Of a DNA stretch of 32,420 bases, positions 1-10,258 are shown in pieces. Location: sequence record SRR20825006_2474; one strand, 5' to 3'. The notes under the pieces were generated by a model. The model was not told the origin of the DNA and did not search any database. It saw nothing but the letters and a program-made list of their open reading frames with translations. Position numbers and translations under genes: made by a program. How positions within the stretch are numbered: the first letter of the stretch is position 1; every line of letters starts with the position of its first letter.

Positions 1-25
1 GTTCCCGCACTATCGGGGAGGTGGT

Positions 26-265
26 ATGGACGCGAAGAAGAAATTGCTGGTCGTCGCCCATGCACCCTCCTCGAATACTCTCAAGCTCCGGGAAGCGGTA
101 GAGCAGGGCGCGAGGCACGAAGACATTGAGAACGTCGAAGTGACCGTGCTCCCTCCGCTGGAAGCCGGCCCGGAAGACGTCCTGGCCTGCGATGCCATTA
201 TCCTCGGTACCACTGAAAATCTCGGTTACATGAGTGGTGCTCTGAAGGATTTCTTTTCCTTATAG
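26..265 (+). pseudogene. 5' part of the host flavodoxin-like gene, interrupted after codon 77 (nt 256) by the element
   Basis: RBS-like GGGGAG precedes the ATG. The protein has a flavodoxin-type DAIILGTTENLGYMSG segment and is collinear with the intact homolog at 28682..29152 up to KDFF. It then reads 2 codons into element DNA and stops. Confidence 0.9.
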
Positions 266-276
266 CAATTTAATAT
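257..276 (+). repeat. Left-end imperfect inverted repeat (partner 32260..32279)
   Basis: TCCTTATAGCAATTTAATAT versus the reverse complement of 32260..32279, AGTTTATACGAATATGAAAT: 12/20 identical by hand. AT-rich, so modest support. Confidence 0.5.
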
Positions 277-333
277 TCAATATTTGTTGCTGAGTCATCC
301 AGATGGTGTTGTTATACGGATACACGTATAGCA

Positions 334-1542
334 ATGGATATTTGCATGCCCCCCCAAGTAAAAAAATTGTCTCTGAGCTATCACGGCCATTTGCTAGACC
401 CCCTCTGGTTGATTTTAGACCAGCAATCCTCTCCGCCGATACTGCCGTTGATGTTCTCTACTCATCTATCCCGGCATGGCGTTGTATATGAAGCCCGTGA
501 GGTTGCAGATGAGTCGTCCCGCAGGCGAATCAGCTCATTGATGGAACGTGAGGTTTCTGACGCCACAATACGATCTTATATTTACTCTCTTGCTAAGTTT
601 CTTTCTTATTTGGAGGAGTGCCAAGTTCATCACCAAACACCTGGAATGCACGAATCTTCAGCGTGCAGCGCACGGTTCGTCAATCATTATCTGAATCATA
701 TTTTGGCAAATGAGCTCGATTCGTCTCAATCACTGAACACTCATCGATCTGCATTGATAGCCTATTACAACTGGTTGACCTATATGGAAATCAGTCCACG
801 ATTAGAGTTGAAGATTGACAGGAGAACTCGCCAATTTATGGCAGAAAAAAACAAAAAACAGAATTACATACAGTACGTCTCTCGCTACCAGCGCAACGAG
901 TTGCTAAATGCCTGTGAGACGTTGGCCGAGAAGCTGATGATGCGGATGGGATTCGAGGTTGGATTGAGAACCTCGGAGCTGATGGGATTGCGGCTCTCCG
1001 GAGAAAAAGGCCTTCTGACGTTGATTGGACAGCTTGATGATAATGATTTCAGCCACGTTAATCAGTTTCGCTATTGGCTCCATGGGCGCTATACAAAGGG
1101 TTCCAAGTCGCGATGGATCTATTTTGACCGTTTCCTATTGCAGGATATGAAGCGATACCTTGAGACGGAGCGCCAGTGGGTTATCGACCAGACCAGCAGT
1201 AACGACGACAGCTTTTTTCTGAGAACCGATCAGCGCTTCATAGGAACCGGCATCGGTAAAGAACAGGGATCACGGGTATTTACGAAACGCGCGCGTTCGG
1301 CAGGACTAAATCCTCTTCTCCATTTTCATGATTTGCGACATACCTTTGCCACCGAGTTATTCCACGCCGAACTGGCCGGACCCGATGGTCGTGAAACACG
1401 CTCTGAATCAGCAGCGCTCATTGTGGTTGCGCAACGGCTCGGTCATTCCATTGGTCGGGATGGGCAGCCACCCCGCGTCACTACCGTTTATATACGGATG
1501 CAGTTGGAAATGCTGCAGGTGGAGGGAATGGTGAATGGGTGA
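334..1542 (+). CDS. Tyrosine recombinase/integrase (GinA/IntA-like)
   Basis: Full catalytic set: GLRTSEL (R), TKGSK (K), HDLRH (HxxR), RLGH, TTVY (Y). Confidence 0.92.
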   Translation: MDICMPPQVKKLSLSYHGHLLDPLWLILDQQSSPPILPLMFSTHLSRHGVVYEAREVADESSRRRISSLMEREVSDATIRSYIYSLAKFLSYLEECQVHHQTPGMHESSACSARFVNHYLNHILANELDSSQSLNTHRSALIAYYNWLTYMEISPRLELKIDRRTRQFMAEKNKKQNYIQYVSRYQRNELLNACETLAEKLMMRMGFEVGLRTSELMGLRLSGEKGLLTLIGQLDDNDFSHVNQFRYWLHGRYTKGSKSRWIYFDRFLLQDMKRYLETERQWVIDQTSSNDDSFFLRTDQRFIGTGIGKEQGSRVFTKRARSAGLNPLLHFHDLRHTFATELFHAELAGPDGRETRSESAALIVVAQRLGHSIGRDGQPPRVTTVYIRMQLEMLQVEGMVNG

Positions 1543-3628
1543 CGTTGATTCCGCCGTCAAAAACGCGCATGAGTATGCCGTTGACAATGAAACGAGTCCG
1601 TTTAATAAAGTTCTCTCAAAAGAGCATGCCAAACTACCAACGCAGTCCAAAAGGATTGTTTACCAATCAATTTCGGGAGCTACAAAGGTCATCGCTCTCA
1701 AGAGAAAAGATAAGTATCACCGAATTATCTTCAAGGCGTGCGCTGCCGGTTTTCGAAGTGATTGGTTTGACGGAATTAGTGATCGCTCTAAACCTGCTTA
1801 TTTTGATTATGTCCGATATTACTTTGATTGGATCAACGAGTCAGGGTGCAATACGACTGACAAGGCTCGTTACGAAACGCTGAAGGCCTTTGAAGCCTTT
1901 TGGTTGAATAATCGAGGGTTAAAAAAAAGCCCCTTAATTTATATAAATGTAATAATCCGAGAAGGATTAGGGTGTGCCACAATATCAGACTCAGATTATG
2001 TTTTTCTGCAAACTTTGCTTTCACTCTCGAAACACGCGAAGAGTCCAGAGCCAGAGTCTGTCACACTTTCAAGTTGGTTTGACTTGCCCTGGCTTCGCGT
2101 AGTTATTGGCGAACAGGCATATTTGCAACTGGAGAGTCCCCGGCTGCTGCTCAAAAGCTTTCGGGCGACAATCGCTACAACTTTGCTTTATTTGCTGGAA
2201 CAGCGGCAGTATTGGCAGCAGTCTTCTGTTATCACGGTTGACACATCGCGTAAAAATTGGCAGTACGGCTGGAGTCGAATGCTCTTTGAGCGTGATGGAA
2301 AGTTCAATAAACAGTTCGATCCGGAGGATGAATTTACACACTTGCTGTGGCTAGATCTTGTCACGCAGCCTGGACAAGAAGCTTTAAAAGAAAAATTTAC
2401 GAAAACCGGTTCGCTTAACTTAGCGCTAAAGGTAAGTTACCAAGAAAAACGAATTTGCCCCTGGCAGTATCCTGTCTTCTTCCATCCGGATTATCAAACG
2501 CGATACTCGCATGTTGAAGAATTATTGTGTGCGTGGCTGGCAGCATGTGAGACAGTTCAGCCAACCGATATACCGAAATTAAAAACCAACAATTACACTT
2601 GTGAACGAAATAGTTCTGGTCGTCTTATCGCGATGGAATGTACGTACTATAAGGGCCGGTCCGGCACGTTCAAGCAGCCTGCCATTCTCATGGGAAATGC
2701 CCCTTGGGCACGTGCAATGGATTGGTATATGAATGGCCTTTCTGAGACGTCCCTTTTTAAAACTCGCGTTGGGTCACAGGGTGCATTTTCGATCTCAACA
2801 TCTCGGAATAATGCAGATATTCGACATAAGATTGTTAGCTTTTTATTCAAGATCTGGAAGCTGCCCAATTTTCAGAAAAAGCTAGAATCTGAACTGCAAC
2901 GCACCGAAGCTGCCCCACTTTTTTTGCATGCTATGCTCGCGCTAGAGCATGGAGATGAAAGCTTTCTCACGTTTAAGACTCGAACAGATAAATGGGTGGA
3001 TGAATACCGAGCAATAACGTCCCGGCCATTACCAATCCGTCTGTTTTCGCTCACGCACATCAAAAATACTGCAGTTCACGCGGGAACCGATGCATACCGC
3101 GAGGCAGATCTCATCAACCATCATTCACATACATCATCAACAGAAAAAACATCCTACCTGACGGATAAAAATAAAGAGTGGGTAAATCAGGCGGGTCGGA
3201 TCACGCGACTTGTTCTCCATGATTTGCAAAACGTAGTATTCCAACCCTCGATAACAGCCATCGATCAATCCGTAAGCGACTTGGAGCTGCGCACGCGGGT
3301 CAGCGCGGTGACCCATGCCAAAAACAGTGTAACTCACTCCTTGCGAAGCAGTGCCGTTGATAGTGAGAGTGATGGCACTATAGTTGTTTCGGACACTAGC
3401 GATACGGCGCTGTATTTTATTCACTACATCACCCAAGCCGAAAAACTGTTGCCAAAATTACTCGCTGTTCGCCCTGATTGGGTTGAACGTGAGCTTATAG
3501 TGCAGGTCGAGTGGATGACCCGCACGCTTACTCGCATGCGAACAGCTGCAAACGCTCAAAGAACCTATAAAAAATTAGCGGTCCATTTGCCCCCTCTCTT
3601 TTCTCATCTCTTGGAGACCACGGAATGA
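1535..3628 (+). CDS. Large degenerate tyrosine-recombinase-like protein (GinB/CDS2-like)
   Basis: 697 aa, overlaps the upstream integrase by 8 nt. Vestigial motifs: YYKGRSG, LTHIKNT (in place of HxxR), NHHSH..TEKTSY. Position matches gene 2 of these modules. Confidence 0.7.
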   Translation: MGDVDSAVKNAHEYAVDNETSPFNKVLSKEHAKLPTQSKRIVYQSISGATKVIALKRKDKYHRIIFKACAAGFRSDWFDGISDRSKPAYFDYVRYYFDWINESGCNTTDKARYETLKAFEAFWLNNRGLKKSPLIYINVIIREGLGCATISDSDYVFLQTLLSLSKHAKSPEPESVTLSSWFDLPWLRVVIGEQAYLQLESPRLLLKSFRATIATTLLYLLEQRQYWQQSSVITVDTSRKNWQYGWSRMLFERDGKFNKQFDPEDEFTHLLWLDLVTQPGQEALKEKFTKTGSLNLALKVSYQEKRICPWQYPVFFHPDYQTRYSHVEELLCAWLAACETVQPTDIPKLKTNNYTCERNSSGRLIAMECTYYKGRSGTFKQPAILMGNAPWARAMDWYMNGLSETSLFKTRVGSQGAFSISTSRNNADIRHKIVSFLFKIWKLPNFQKKLESELQRTEAAPLFLHAMLALEHGDESFLTFKTRTDKWVDEYRAITSRPLPIRLFSLTHIKNTAVHAGTDAYREADLINHHSHTSSTEKTSYLTDKNKEWVNQAGRITRLVLHDLQNVVFQPSITAIDQSVSDLELRTRVSAVTHAKNSVTHSLRSSAVDSESDGTIVVSDTSDTALYFIHYITQAEKLLPKLLAVRPDWVERELIVQVEWMTRTLTRMRTAANAQRTYKKLAVHLPPLFSHLLETTE

Positions 3629-6309
3629 CGCAATCAGCCGAATTTCTAAAGGCTCTGGATTCATGTGAAGCGCAGGCGCGGTTGGATGTCCTACCCGGTT
3701 CCACTAATAATCACTTTAAGAGTATGACTTGGCAGTTTGAAAATCAGCGTGGGGATCTTATCACCATCGATTTCAATGATCTGTTGGATATGGTTGAGAA
3801 GCATCCCGATTGGCTACTGGTCCATACGGTCGATTGGATAGTTCTCACCAAGCTAATATGGCTCTCGCTCGCCTCAACGGCGACTCCTAGTCAATATGTG
3901 TCTAGAGCTTCCGGTTTAAAACTCTTTTGGGCGGCAATGGCACATTATAATTTGACGCAATTGACTCGAGATAACTGTAAGTTAGTTCTCGAGTTTCTGT
4001 TGATGCATAGTTGGCGTCAAGGTGCTGTAAGTCGGAATCTATCTATTAGATCAAGTTCTAGTTTTAGTACTCAAATACCACTCAAAACATGGAGACTGGC
4101 GCTTTCGGATCTTGGCTTGGACTGGTTTGCACGTGAAGTGACGGATTCGTTTATAAATAAACAGGTAAAAGCACTAGTTCCCGAATTAACGGACGATGAG
4201 CTAACCTGCAAAGATTGGTTCGAAGGAGGAAGTTACGATCTATTAACCCTGGATCATGGTCGTTATTACGTGGAACATTGTCTGGCCTTTTTTGGAAAAC
4301 AATATCCCCTGGCGCTAGCGCTGGCTTCGACGTTTCGGGCGATTCCGGCTTTGGCGGCTTCGTGCGGCTACGAACGCAGAACTGTAAGTCAACTTGTACC
4401 TCTCTGTTTACAGGGGTATACAGCTGATGAAATAAACCATCGGTGGCCTTCGTGGTCAGCTACCACGGTACAAAATGTCCATGGCAAGGTGACCCATCAC
4501 TTTAAAGAAGCATACCAACAGGCGCGATTTGAAGCAGCGTTTCTGCAAGACGAGACAGTAACATCCTTTGTTAGAGCTTGTGGACTTCAGCCCTCATCAG
4601 AAAATACAGACCGGATGCGGGTCATTCTCTGGGACTGGCTGCGTCGAAAAGACAAAGCGGAAACCCAACGCCTTTTGAATGAAGGGCAGGAAGTGCCGTG
4701 GGCAGTTTTCGAGCAGCAATTTGGTGTTTTTAAAAGACATAGTGCTCAGCAGAATTGCCTAGTCCCCTCAGGCGAGGATTATAAGGCGTTCGGGCTGGTT
4801 GAAGGTGGTATAAGGAGTTCGTCTTCATCATATCCTCGACTCTTGATAAATCTTGTTGCCAAAGCCGGGCTGACCACTATGGTGGCCTTGACTGGTTGGC
4901 GACGAAGCGAGTTTGGCTTTCCACGTTCGGCGATCATGCGGACGAGGAATGACGACAAATTAGATCAACATGCCTTTCCCTGGCGCTACCAAGTGGACTG
5001 GTATGTATATAAAACAAGTGGAAAGGTCCGCCAGCTAAGAGAGATTTCCTTCAGCAGTTTCTTGATTGCGGAGCAGATGCAGTCATTGCTCGACGCTACT
5101 GATGAGCAGCCTTGTTTGTATGCTGTTAAAAAAAATAAAAAGGATCCTTCAGATTCGATGCAGCAAGTGCAGCACGGAGTTCGGGCCCTATGGGGCCACT
5201 TCGTCAATCATTATTCAGGCTTTAAGCAGCTTGATGATTGGACAACATGGCAAGCGTTGCAAGCGACCCGTGATTCTGGCAACCCGTTTACGAAGGTAGA
5301 GCAACAAGAGTTTGAGCGCTTATTGGCGCAGCGCTCTGCTGAGCAATGGTCGGACCTATCGATAAACACCAATTTGAAAGAGGCGTGGCGACGTGCGCGA
5401 AGGGAGTGGCCCCGTCTAGAGTTGTTTTTTAGTGGATCAACCACTAAAGACAAAAAGGATTGGTTGGTCCAGTACTGCGACGGCACGCTGAGACCTGACT
5501 GGCAGGCTTTGCTGGACGCGTACTTGCCAGATAATACAAAAGAATGGATTTTTTCGTTACCGAAGGAAGAATTAAGATCTAATCGAGTACCCAGAACAGT
5601 AATGAATAACTTAATAGAAGGAACCCTTTATCCAAGCCCACATGCCTTTCGTCATATGTGGGCCGAAGCGGTCTATCGACGTTTTGATGGCGATGCCGGC
5701 TGGATGATACGCAGTCAGTTCAAGCACATATCGCGGGCCATGTGGCTGGCCTACGTCCGTGATAAGGATAACCGGCTTGGCCACGAAAAAGCCAAAACTC
5801 AGGTCATTAGTTCGCTGGTTCACAACTATCTCAGGCATCAGGGTGAGGGTTATGCGGGTCAATTGCACACCTGGCTCCGAAGATTATTCAAAATAACCTC
5901 TGTGTTGTCACCCGAGGAACAAGAAAAGCTGGCCAATCACTTGGCTACCGTTGAAATTGAAAACATCAAGTCGAACCCCTGGGGATACTGTCTGCTCAAA
6001 CGCAGAACCCGAAGCAAGGCGAAATGCGCGGAAATGGGCGAACCCATGCGCCACAACGCATCGCCTGACCTCTGCCTGGGCTGCATCCACAACCTCATGC
6101 AGACAGAGAATGTCGAGTGGGCCTTGTTCCATGTAGCAACCCATGTAGAGGCGTTACGGAACCCCGTCGTGCCGGCTATTTTCAAAGCCTCATCCTACGA
6201 TCTGGTTAAAAATGTGACGCGACACGTTCGCACCCTAAATCCTCAGCATGAAGCACTCGCCGAGTTGCAAGGGGTTTTGGACGATTACAAAACATCAAGG
6301 GCTGCCTAA
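3625..6309 (+). CDS. Large tyrosine recombinase (GinC/IntB-like)
   Basis: 894 aa, ATGA overlap with the previous gene. Motifs TGWRRSE, YKTSG, PHAFRH, QFKH..WLAY, and a Cys-rich C-terminus (GYC..C..LCLGC). Confidence 0.82.
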   Translation: MTQSAEFLKALDSCEAQARLDVLPGSTNNHFKSMTWQFENQRGDLITIDFNDLLDMVEKHPDWLLVHTVDWIVLTKLIWLSLASTATPSQYVSRASGLKLFWAAMAHYNLTQLTRDNCKLVLEFLLMHSWRQGAVSRNLSIRSSSSFSTQIPLKTWRLALSDLGLDWFAREVTDSFINKQVKALVPELTDDELTCKDWFEGGSYDLLTLDHGRYYVEHCLAFFGKQYPLALALASTFRAIPALAASCGYERRTVSQLVPLCLQGYTADEINHRWPSWSATTVQNVHGKVTHHFKEAYQQARFEAAFLQDETVTSFVRACGLQPSSENTDRMRVILWDWLRRKDKAETQRLLNEGQEVPWAVFEQQFGVFKRHSAQQNCLVPSGEDYKAFGLVEGGIRSSSSSYPRLLINLVAKAGLTTMVALTGWRRSEFGFPRSAIMRTRNDDKLDQHAFPWRYQVDWYVYKTSGKVRQLREISFSSFLIAEQMQSLLDATDEQPCLYAVKKNKKDPSDSMQQVQHGVRALWGHFVNHYSGFKQLDDWTTWQALQATRDSGNPFTKVEQQEFERLLAQRSAEQWSDLSINTNLKEAWRRARREWPRLELFFSGSTTKDKKDWLVQYCDGTLRPDWQALLDAYLPDNTKEWIFSLPKEELRSNRVPRTVMNNLIEGTLYPSPHAFRHMWAEAVYRRFDGDAGWMIRSQFKHISRAMWLAYVRDKDNRLGHEKAKTQVISSLVHNYLRHQGEGYAGQLHTWLRRLFKITSVLSPEEQEKLANHLATVEIENIKSNPWGYCLLKRRTRSKAKCAEMGEPMRHNASPDLCLGCIHNLMQTENVEWALFHVATHVEALRNPVVPAIFKASSYDLVKNVTRHVRTLNPQHEALAELQGVLDDYKTSRAA

Positions 6310-6824
6310 TGGTCATGGACTACCTGAAAAAGCGGGTCGAGGCAGCGGCTAGTCAACAAGAGGCAGAACGCCCTAGCTGGGTATCCAACAAAAATGCCAG
6401 CTTGAAAGCATGGCAGTATGTCGAGGAACTCAAAAAAGAGAAGTCGCTTTATATAAAACGTCACCACAAGATCACCGATTATCTGGTTCAGAAAACCTAT
6501 CAAATAAAGGGCTCGGACATCGCCAGCGCTTTGGATATAAATCGCGCTTCACTGATGAATACCTCCAGCTATTCACCGCATTTCAAAAAATATCTGGATA
6601 GTGTTAACAAGGAGTTAGCGGCAGCTAAGGAGGCCAGGCTGCTTAAGGCTCAAAAGTCTCCTTCTCGCGGTTCCATCCGAAACAGCAAAGATGAACTGGT
6701 TCGGTCCAATACTGATTTGAAAAAAAGAGTATCTGAACTAGAGGCTCAAAAGACTGAAGAGCTGGTTCGCTATGCCTTTGATCAGCTGCCGCTGCCAGTC
6801 AAAAAGAAACTTGGGATCGACTGA
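6309..6824 (+). CDS. Small basic coiled-coil recombination accessory protein (GinD/Srap-like)
   Basis: 171 aa, TAATG coupling to the previous gene. HTH-like SDIASALDINRASL and a C-terminal coiled coil. Fourth gene of the module. Confidence 0.7.
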   Translation: MVMDYLKKRVEAAASQQEAERPSWVSNKNASLKAWQYVEELKKEKSLYIKRHHKITDYLVQKTYQIKGSDIASALDINRASLMNTSSYSPHFKKYLDSVNKELAAAKEARLLKAQKSPSRGSIRNSKDELVRSNTDLKKRVSELEAQKTEELVRYAFDQLPLPVKKKLGID

Positions 6825-6860
6825 CCAACGCAACCCAAAAGCTTGGCAAAATATCGGTCG

Positions 6861-6924
6861 TTTTCTGGACGCTTCCACTAATCCTCGAAAAACCACCATT
6901 TCCATATTGTTTTGCGTCCAAAAA
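6861..6924. promoter_or_regulatory. Candidate resolvase binding (res) region
   Basis: Inverted pair TTTCTGGACGC (6862..6872) and GCGTCCAAAAA (6914..6924), 10/11 match, directly upstream of the resolvase gene. Confidence 0.35.
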
Positions 6925-6962
6925 TCACGTACAAAAAACTATGGCTAGAAAAGGTGCGTTTA

Positions 6963-7526
6963 ATGATCATAGGTTATGCACGTGTCAGCACTCAGGATCA
7001 AAATCCGGAATTCCAGGTAGATGCCCTGGAGAATGCAGGGTGCGAACAGATCTTCCAGGAGAAATATACTGGGAAGTTCCGAGAACGACCTGAACTGTCG
7101 CAGTGCCTTCGCACCCTCCGCAAGGGCGACGTTCTAGTCGTCTGGAAACTGGACCGGCTGGCTCGTTCACTAAAAGACTTAGTTGAAATCGTCCAAGATC
7201 TCAATGAGAAAGAGATCGGTTTCAAATCACTGACAGAATCGATCGACACTACCACCTCTGGCGGCCGGCTTGTCTTTCATATATTCGGCGCCCTCGCTGA
7301 GTTTGAGCATGACCTGATTCGTGAGCGAACAAAGGCGGGGCTCCAGGCAGCCAGGGCACGGGGACGCAAAGGAGGCCGTAAACCTGCTATGTCTGACTCG
7401 GACATCAGAAAAGCGGCAGCGATGTTGTCAGACTCTCAGATCACAAAGACCGAAGTTGCCGCGCACTTTGGTGTGACCCGAACAACACTGAATGCTTCTC
7501 TTAAAAGAATTAAATTGGCAGCCTAA
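6963..7526 (+). CDS. Serine recombinase (resolvase/invertase family)
   Basis: MIIGYARVST (catalytic Ser), VWKLDRLARS, ERTKAGLQAARARGRKGGR and a C-terminal HTH. Start set at the ATG at 6963. Confidence 0.95.
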   Translation: MIIGYARVSTQDQNPEFQVDALENAGCEQIFQEKYTGKFRERPELSQCLRTLRKGDVLVVWKLDRLARSLKDLVEIVQDLNEKEIGFKSLTESIDTTTSGGRLVFHIFGALAEFEHDLIRERTKAGLQAARARGRKGGRKPAMSDSDIRKAAAMLSDSQITKTEVAAHFGVTRTTLNASLKRIKLAA

Positions 7527-7582
7527 GTTGAAACTTGTTGCCTCGAATTTGCCAGCAACCGTATTCGACCCGGGAGGGTTTT

Positions 7583-10258
7583 GTGGCTCTTAATCATGGA
7601 AAGCTAATGGAGGATCTGGAGCGCCTATCGTCGCAACCGGACGCCGATCAGTTCATCTTCGACTTTCTCCGTGCTTACCAAACCCCGAACTCCACACTGA
7701 CCCGCTTGATGCAGGGCGGAGATCGCAATGTTGGCGAGCGCTCTGGGGATGTCGGGGTCCGGCAGAAACTGTATTTCCGCCCGGTTACTGGAGATCCGTA
7801 CACGGCGGCAGAGGGGCTGCTGGACGAAGAGGTGATTTCCCGGCACAAGATCCGCTTTGTGATCGTCACCGACTTTAAAGACCTGGTGGCTTATGATTTA
7901 GGGGTTGGTGACCGGATGGAGTGCGCCTTCCGTGATCTTTCCCTGCAGTACAGTTTCTTCCTGCCCCTGGCGGGCTACGAAAAAGCCGTTGAATACTCGG
8001 ACTCGCCCGCCGACGTTAAGGCCGCCGAGAAGATGGGTCGCTTGTGCGACCTATTACGACAGAGTAATGACATGGATGCCCCGGGCCGGGTTCATGAACT
8101 TAATGTTTTCCTCACCCGGCTGTTGTTCTGCCTGTTTGCTGAAGATACCGGCATTTTTGAACAAAACCAGTTCACATCTGCCGTGCAGGGAAATACACAC
8201 AAGGATGGCAGCGACGCCCACCAAGTGTTACGTCAAATTTTCCTGGCGATGAACACAGAGCGCAGGCCGCGGGATCTCCCCGCACACCTGGCTGCCTTCC
8301 CCTATGTGAATGGTGGGCTGTTCCGTGATGACCTTCCGGTGCCTGTCATGGGGCCCCGAGCTCGCCGCATGCTGCTGGATGCTGGCCAACTGGACTGGTC
8401 TACGATCAACCCCGATATTTTCGGCTCAATGTTTCAGTCCGTAATTGATCCTGAGCAGAGGGGTAGCCTTGGTCAGCACTACACTTCCTTGTCGAACATC
8501 ATGAAGGTGCTTCGTCCGCTGTTTCTCGACAAGTTGGAGGATGGGCTGGAGAAAGCGAAGGGAAAGCCAAAGCAGCTGGAAAAGTTGTTACAGCGTGTTC
8601 GAGACATCAAAGTTTTTGACCCCGCCTGTGGTAGTGGCAATTTCCTCATCATTGCCTTCAAAGAGCTGCGAAGGCTTGAGATGCAAGTGCTGGAAGCTCT
8701 CAACAGCAGCACAAAGCAGAATGTGCTGGTCATGCCTGGGGTACAGATCCAGAATTTTTACGGTATAGAAACTGACGACTTTGCCCATGAAATAGCGTTG
8801 CTCGCCTTGTGGTTAGCTGAGCATCAAATGAACATGGCGTTCCTGGATAAATTCGGGCATTACGAACCGACCCTGCCACTGAAGGCCAGTGGCAATATCG
8901 TTTTGGGCGATGCACTGAGTTTGGACTGGACTCAGGTATGCCCCAGACGCCCGAATGAGGAGGTGTATGTTTGCGGAAATCCTCCTTTCAATGGAGCTAA
9001 CTCCCGAACGCCTGAGCAGAATGAGTCGATGACCCGTGTATTCAGGGGCTTCAGAACCTACAAATATCTGGATTTTGTTGCTTGCTGGTTCTGGAAAGGC
9101 GCTCAGTACATAGCCGGCACCCAGGCGGAAATGGGGCTTGTGGCGACCAACTCCATTTGCCAGGGGATGCAGACCTCAATGTTATGGCCGCCCATCCTGG
9201 AAAAAGGTCTTTCGATTCACTTTGCTTACCAGGGCTTCCAGTGGAAGAACAGCGCTCGGGATAATGCCGGGGTTCATGTGGCGATAATTGGGCTCAGTAA
9301 CAACGCAATTACCAAGAGCCTGTATAAAAAGGTGGGCGGCGACTGGCACAAAGAGACAGTTTCAAATATCAGCCCCTATTTGCTGGAAGGGGCTGACACT
9401 GTAGTTAAAGATCGTTCATCACCTCTTATAAAATCAACCAGAATGGAGCATGGCAACAAGCCCGTCGACGGCGGGAATCTTCTGCTAACACCAAAAGAAA
9501 AAGAAACGCTGCTCGACATAGAGCCTACTGCCGAAAAATGGTTAAAGAGGCTTTTAGGTGCTGATGAATTTATAAAGGGCAAAGAGCGGTGGTGTCTGTG
9601 GCTCAAAGATGCCTCAGAGGCCGATATAGCCTCAATGCCGGCAGTCCGATCAAGGGTCGATCGGGTCAGAGAGGCTCGCTTAGCTAGCAGAGATGCAGGA
9701 GCGAGACAGTTGGCCTTGAGACCACATCAATTTAGGGATCTGAATAATCCTGAGAGCTTTATTCTTGTGCCTTGCGTCACATCGGAACGCAGAGAGTATG
9801 CGCCTGTTGGGTTCTTTAGCCGCGACTATATTCCCACGAATCTTGTCAATATCGTGGCAGGTGGAACCTTATACGATTTTGGCGTGCTCTCAACCCGCAT
9901 CCACATGGATTGGCTACACTTGGTCGGAGGGCGGCTGGAGAGTCGTTTTCGCTACAGCGCGAAACTCGTTTATAACACCTTCCCTTGGCCGGATTGCACT
10001 GCCAAACAACGCGCTGAAATCGAAACCCTAGCCGATGAAGTTCTGCTTGCCCGGGAGGACACCTTCGATTGGACCATGGCCGAAATGTACGATCCGGACA
10101 AGATGCCCTCTGCGCTTCGGGACGCACACAGGAATTTGGATGAGGCAATAGAGCGGTTATACCGCCGCACGCCTTTCAGGGATCAGGCCGAACGCCAGGA
10201 GTTCCTACTGGCGCGGTATGAAAAACTCATCAAGCAGGAAGCAGGAGTCGCAGTATGA
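7583..10258 (+). CDS. MmeI-like N6-adenine DNA methyltransferase with target-recognition domain (YeeA/DnmA-like)
   Basis: FDPACGSGNF (motif I), GNPPF (motif IV), GQHYTS, and an MmeI-type C-terminus (RYSAKLVYNTFPWP, MAEMYDPDKMP). GTG start follows GGGAGG. Confidence 0.9.
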   Translation: MALNHGKLMEDLERLSSQPDADQFIFDFLRAYQTPNSTLTRLMQGGDRNVGERSGDVGVRQKLYFRPVTGDPYTAAEGLLDEEVISRHKIRFVIVTDFKDLVAYDLGVGDRMECAFRDLSLQYSFFLPLAGYEKAVEYSDSPADVKAAEKMGRLCDLLRQSNDMDAPGRVHELNVFLTRLLFCLFAEDTGIFEQNQFTSAVQGNTHKDGSDAHQVLRQIFLAMNTERRPRDLPAHLAAFPYVNGGLFRDDLPVPVMGPRARRMLLDAGQLDWSTINPDIFGSMFQSVIDPEQRGSLGQHYTSLSNIMKVLRPLFLDKLEDGLEKAKGKPKQLEKLLQRVRDIKVFDPACGSGNFLIIAFKELRRLEMQVLEALNSSTKQNVLVMPGVQIQNFYGIETDDFAHEIALLALWLAEHQMNMAFLDKFGHYEPTLPLKASGNIVLGDALSLDWTQVCPRRPNEEVYVCGNPPFNGANSRTPEQNESMTRVFRGFRTYKYLDFVACWFWKGAQYIAGTQAEMGLVATNSICQGMQTSMLWPPILEKGLSIHFAYQGFQWKNSARDNAGVHVAIIGLSNNAITKSLYKKVGGDWHKETVSNISPYLLEGADTVVKDRSSPLIKSTRMEHGNKPVDGGNLLLTPKEKETLLDIEPTAEKWLKRLLGADEFIKGKERWCLWLKDASEADIASMPAVRSRVDRVREARLASRDAGARQLALRPHQFRDLNNPESFILVPCVTSERREYAPVGFFSRDYIPTNLVNIVAGGTLYDFGVLSTRIHMDWLHLVGGRLESRFRYSAKLVYNTFPWPDCTAKQRAEIETLADEVLLAREDTFDWTMAEMYDPDKMPSALRDAHRNLDEAIERLYRRTPFRDQAERQEFLLARYEKLIKQEAGVAV

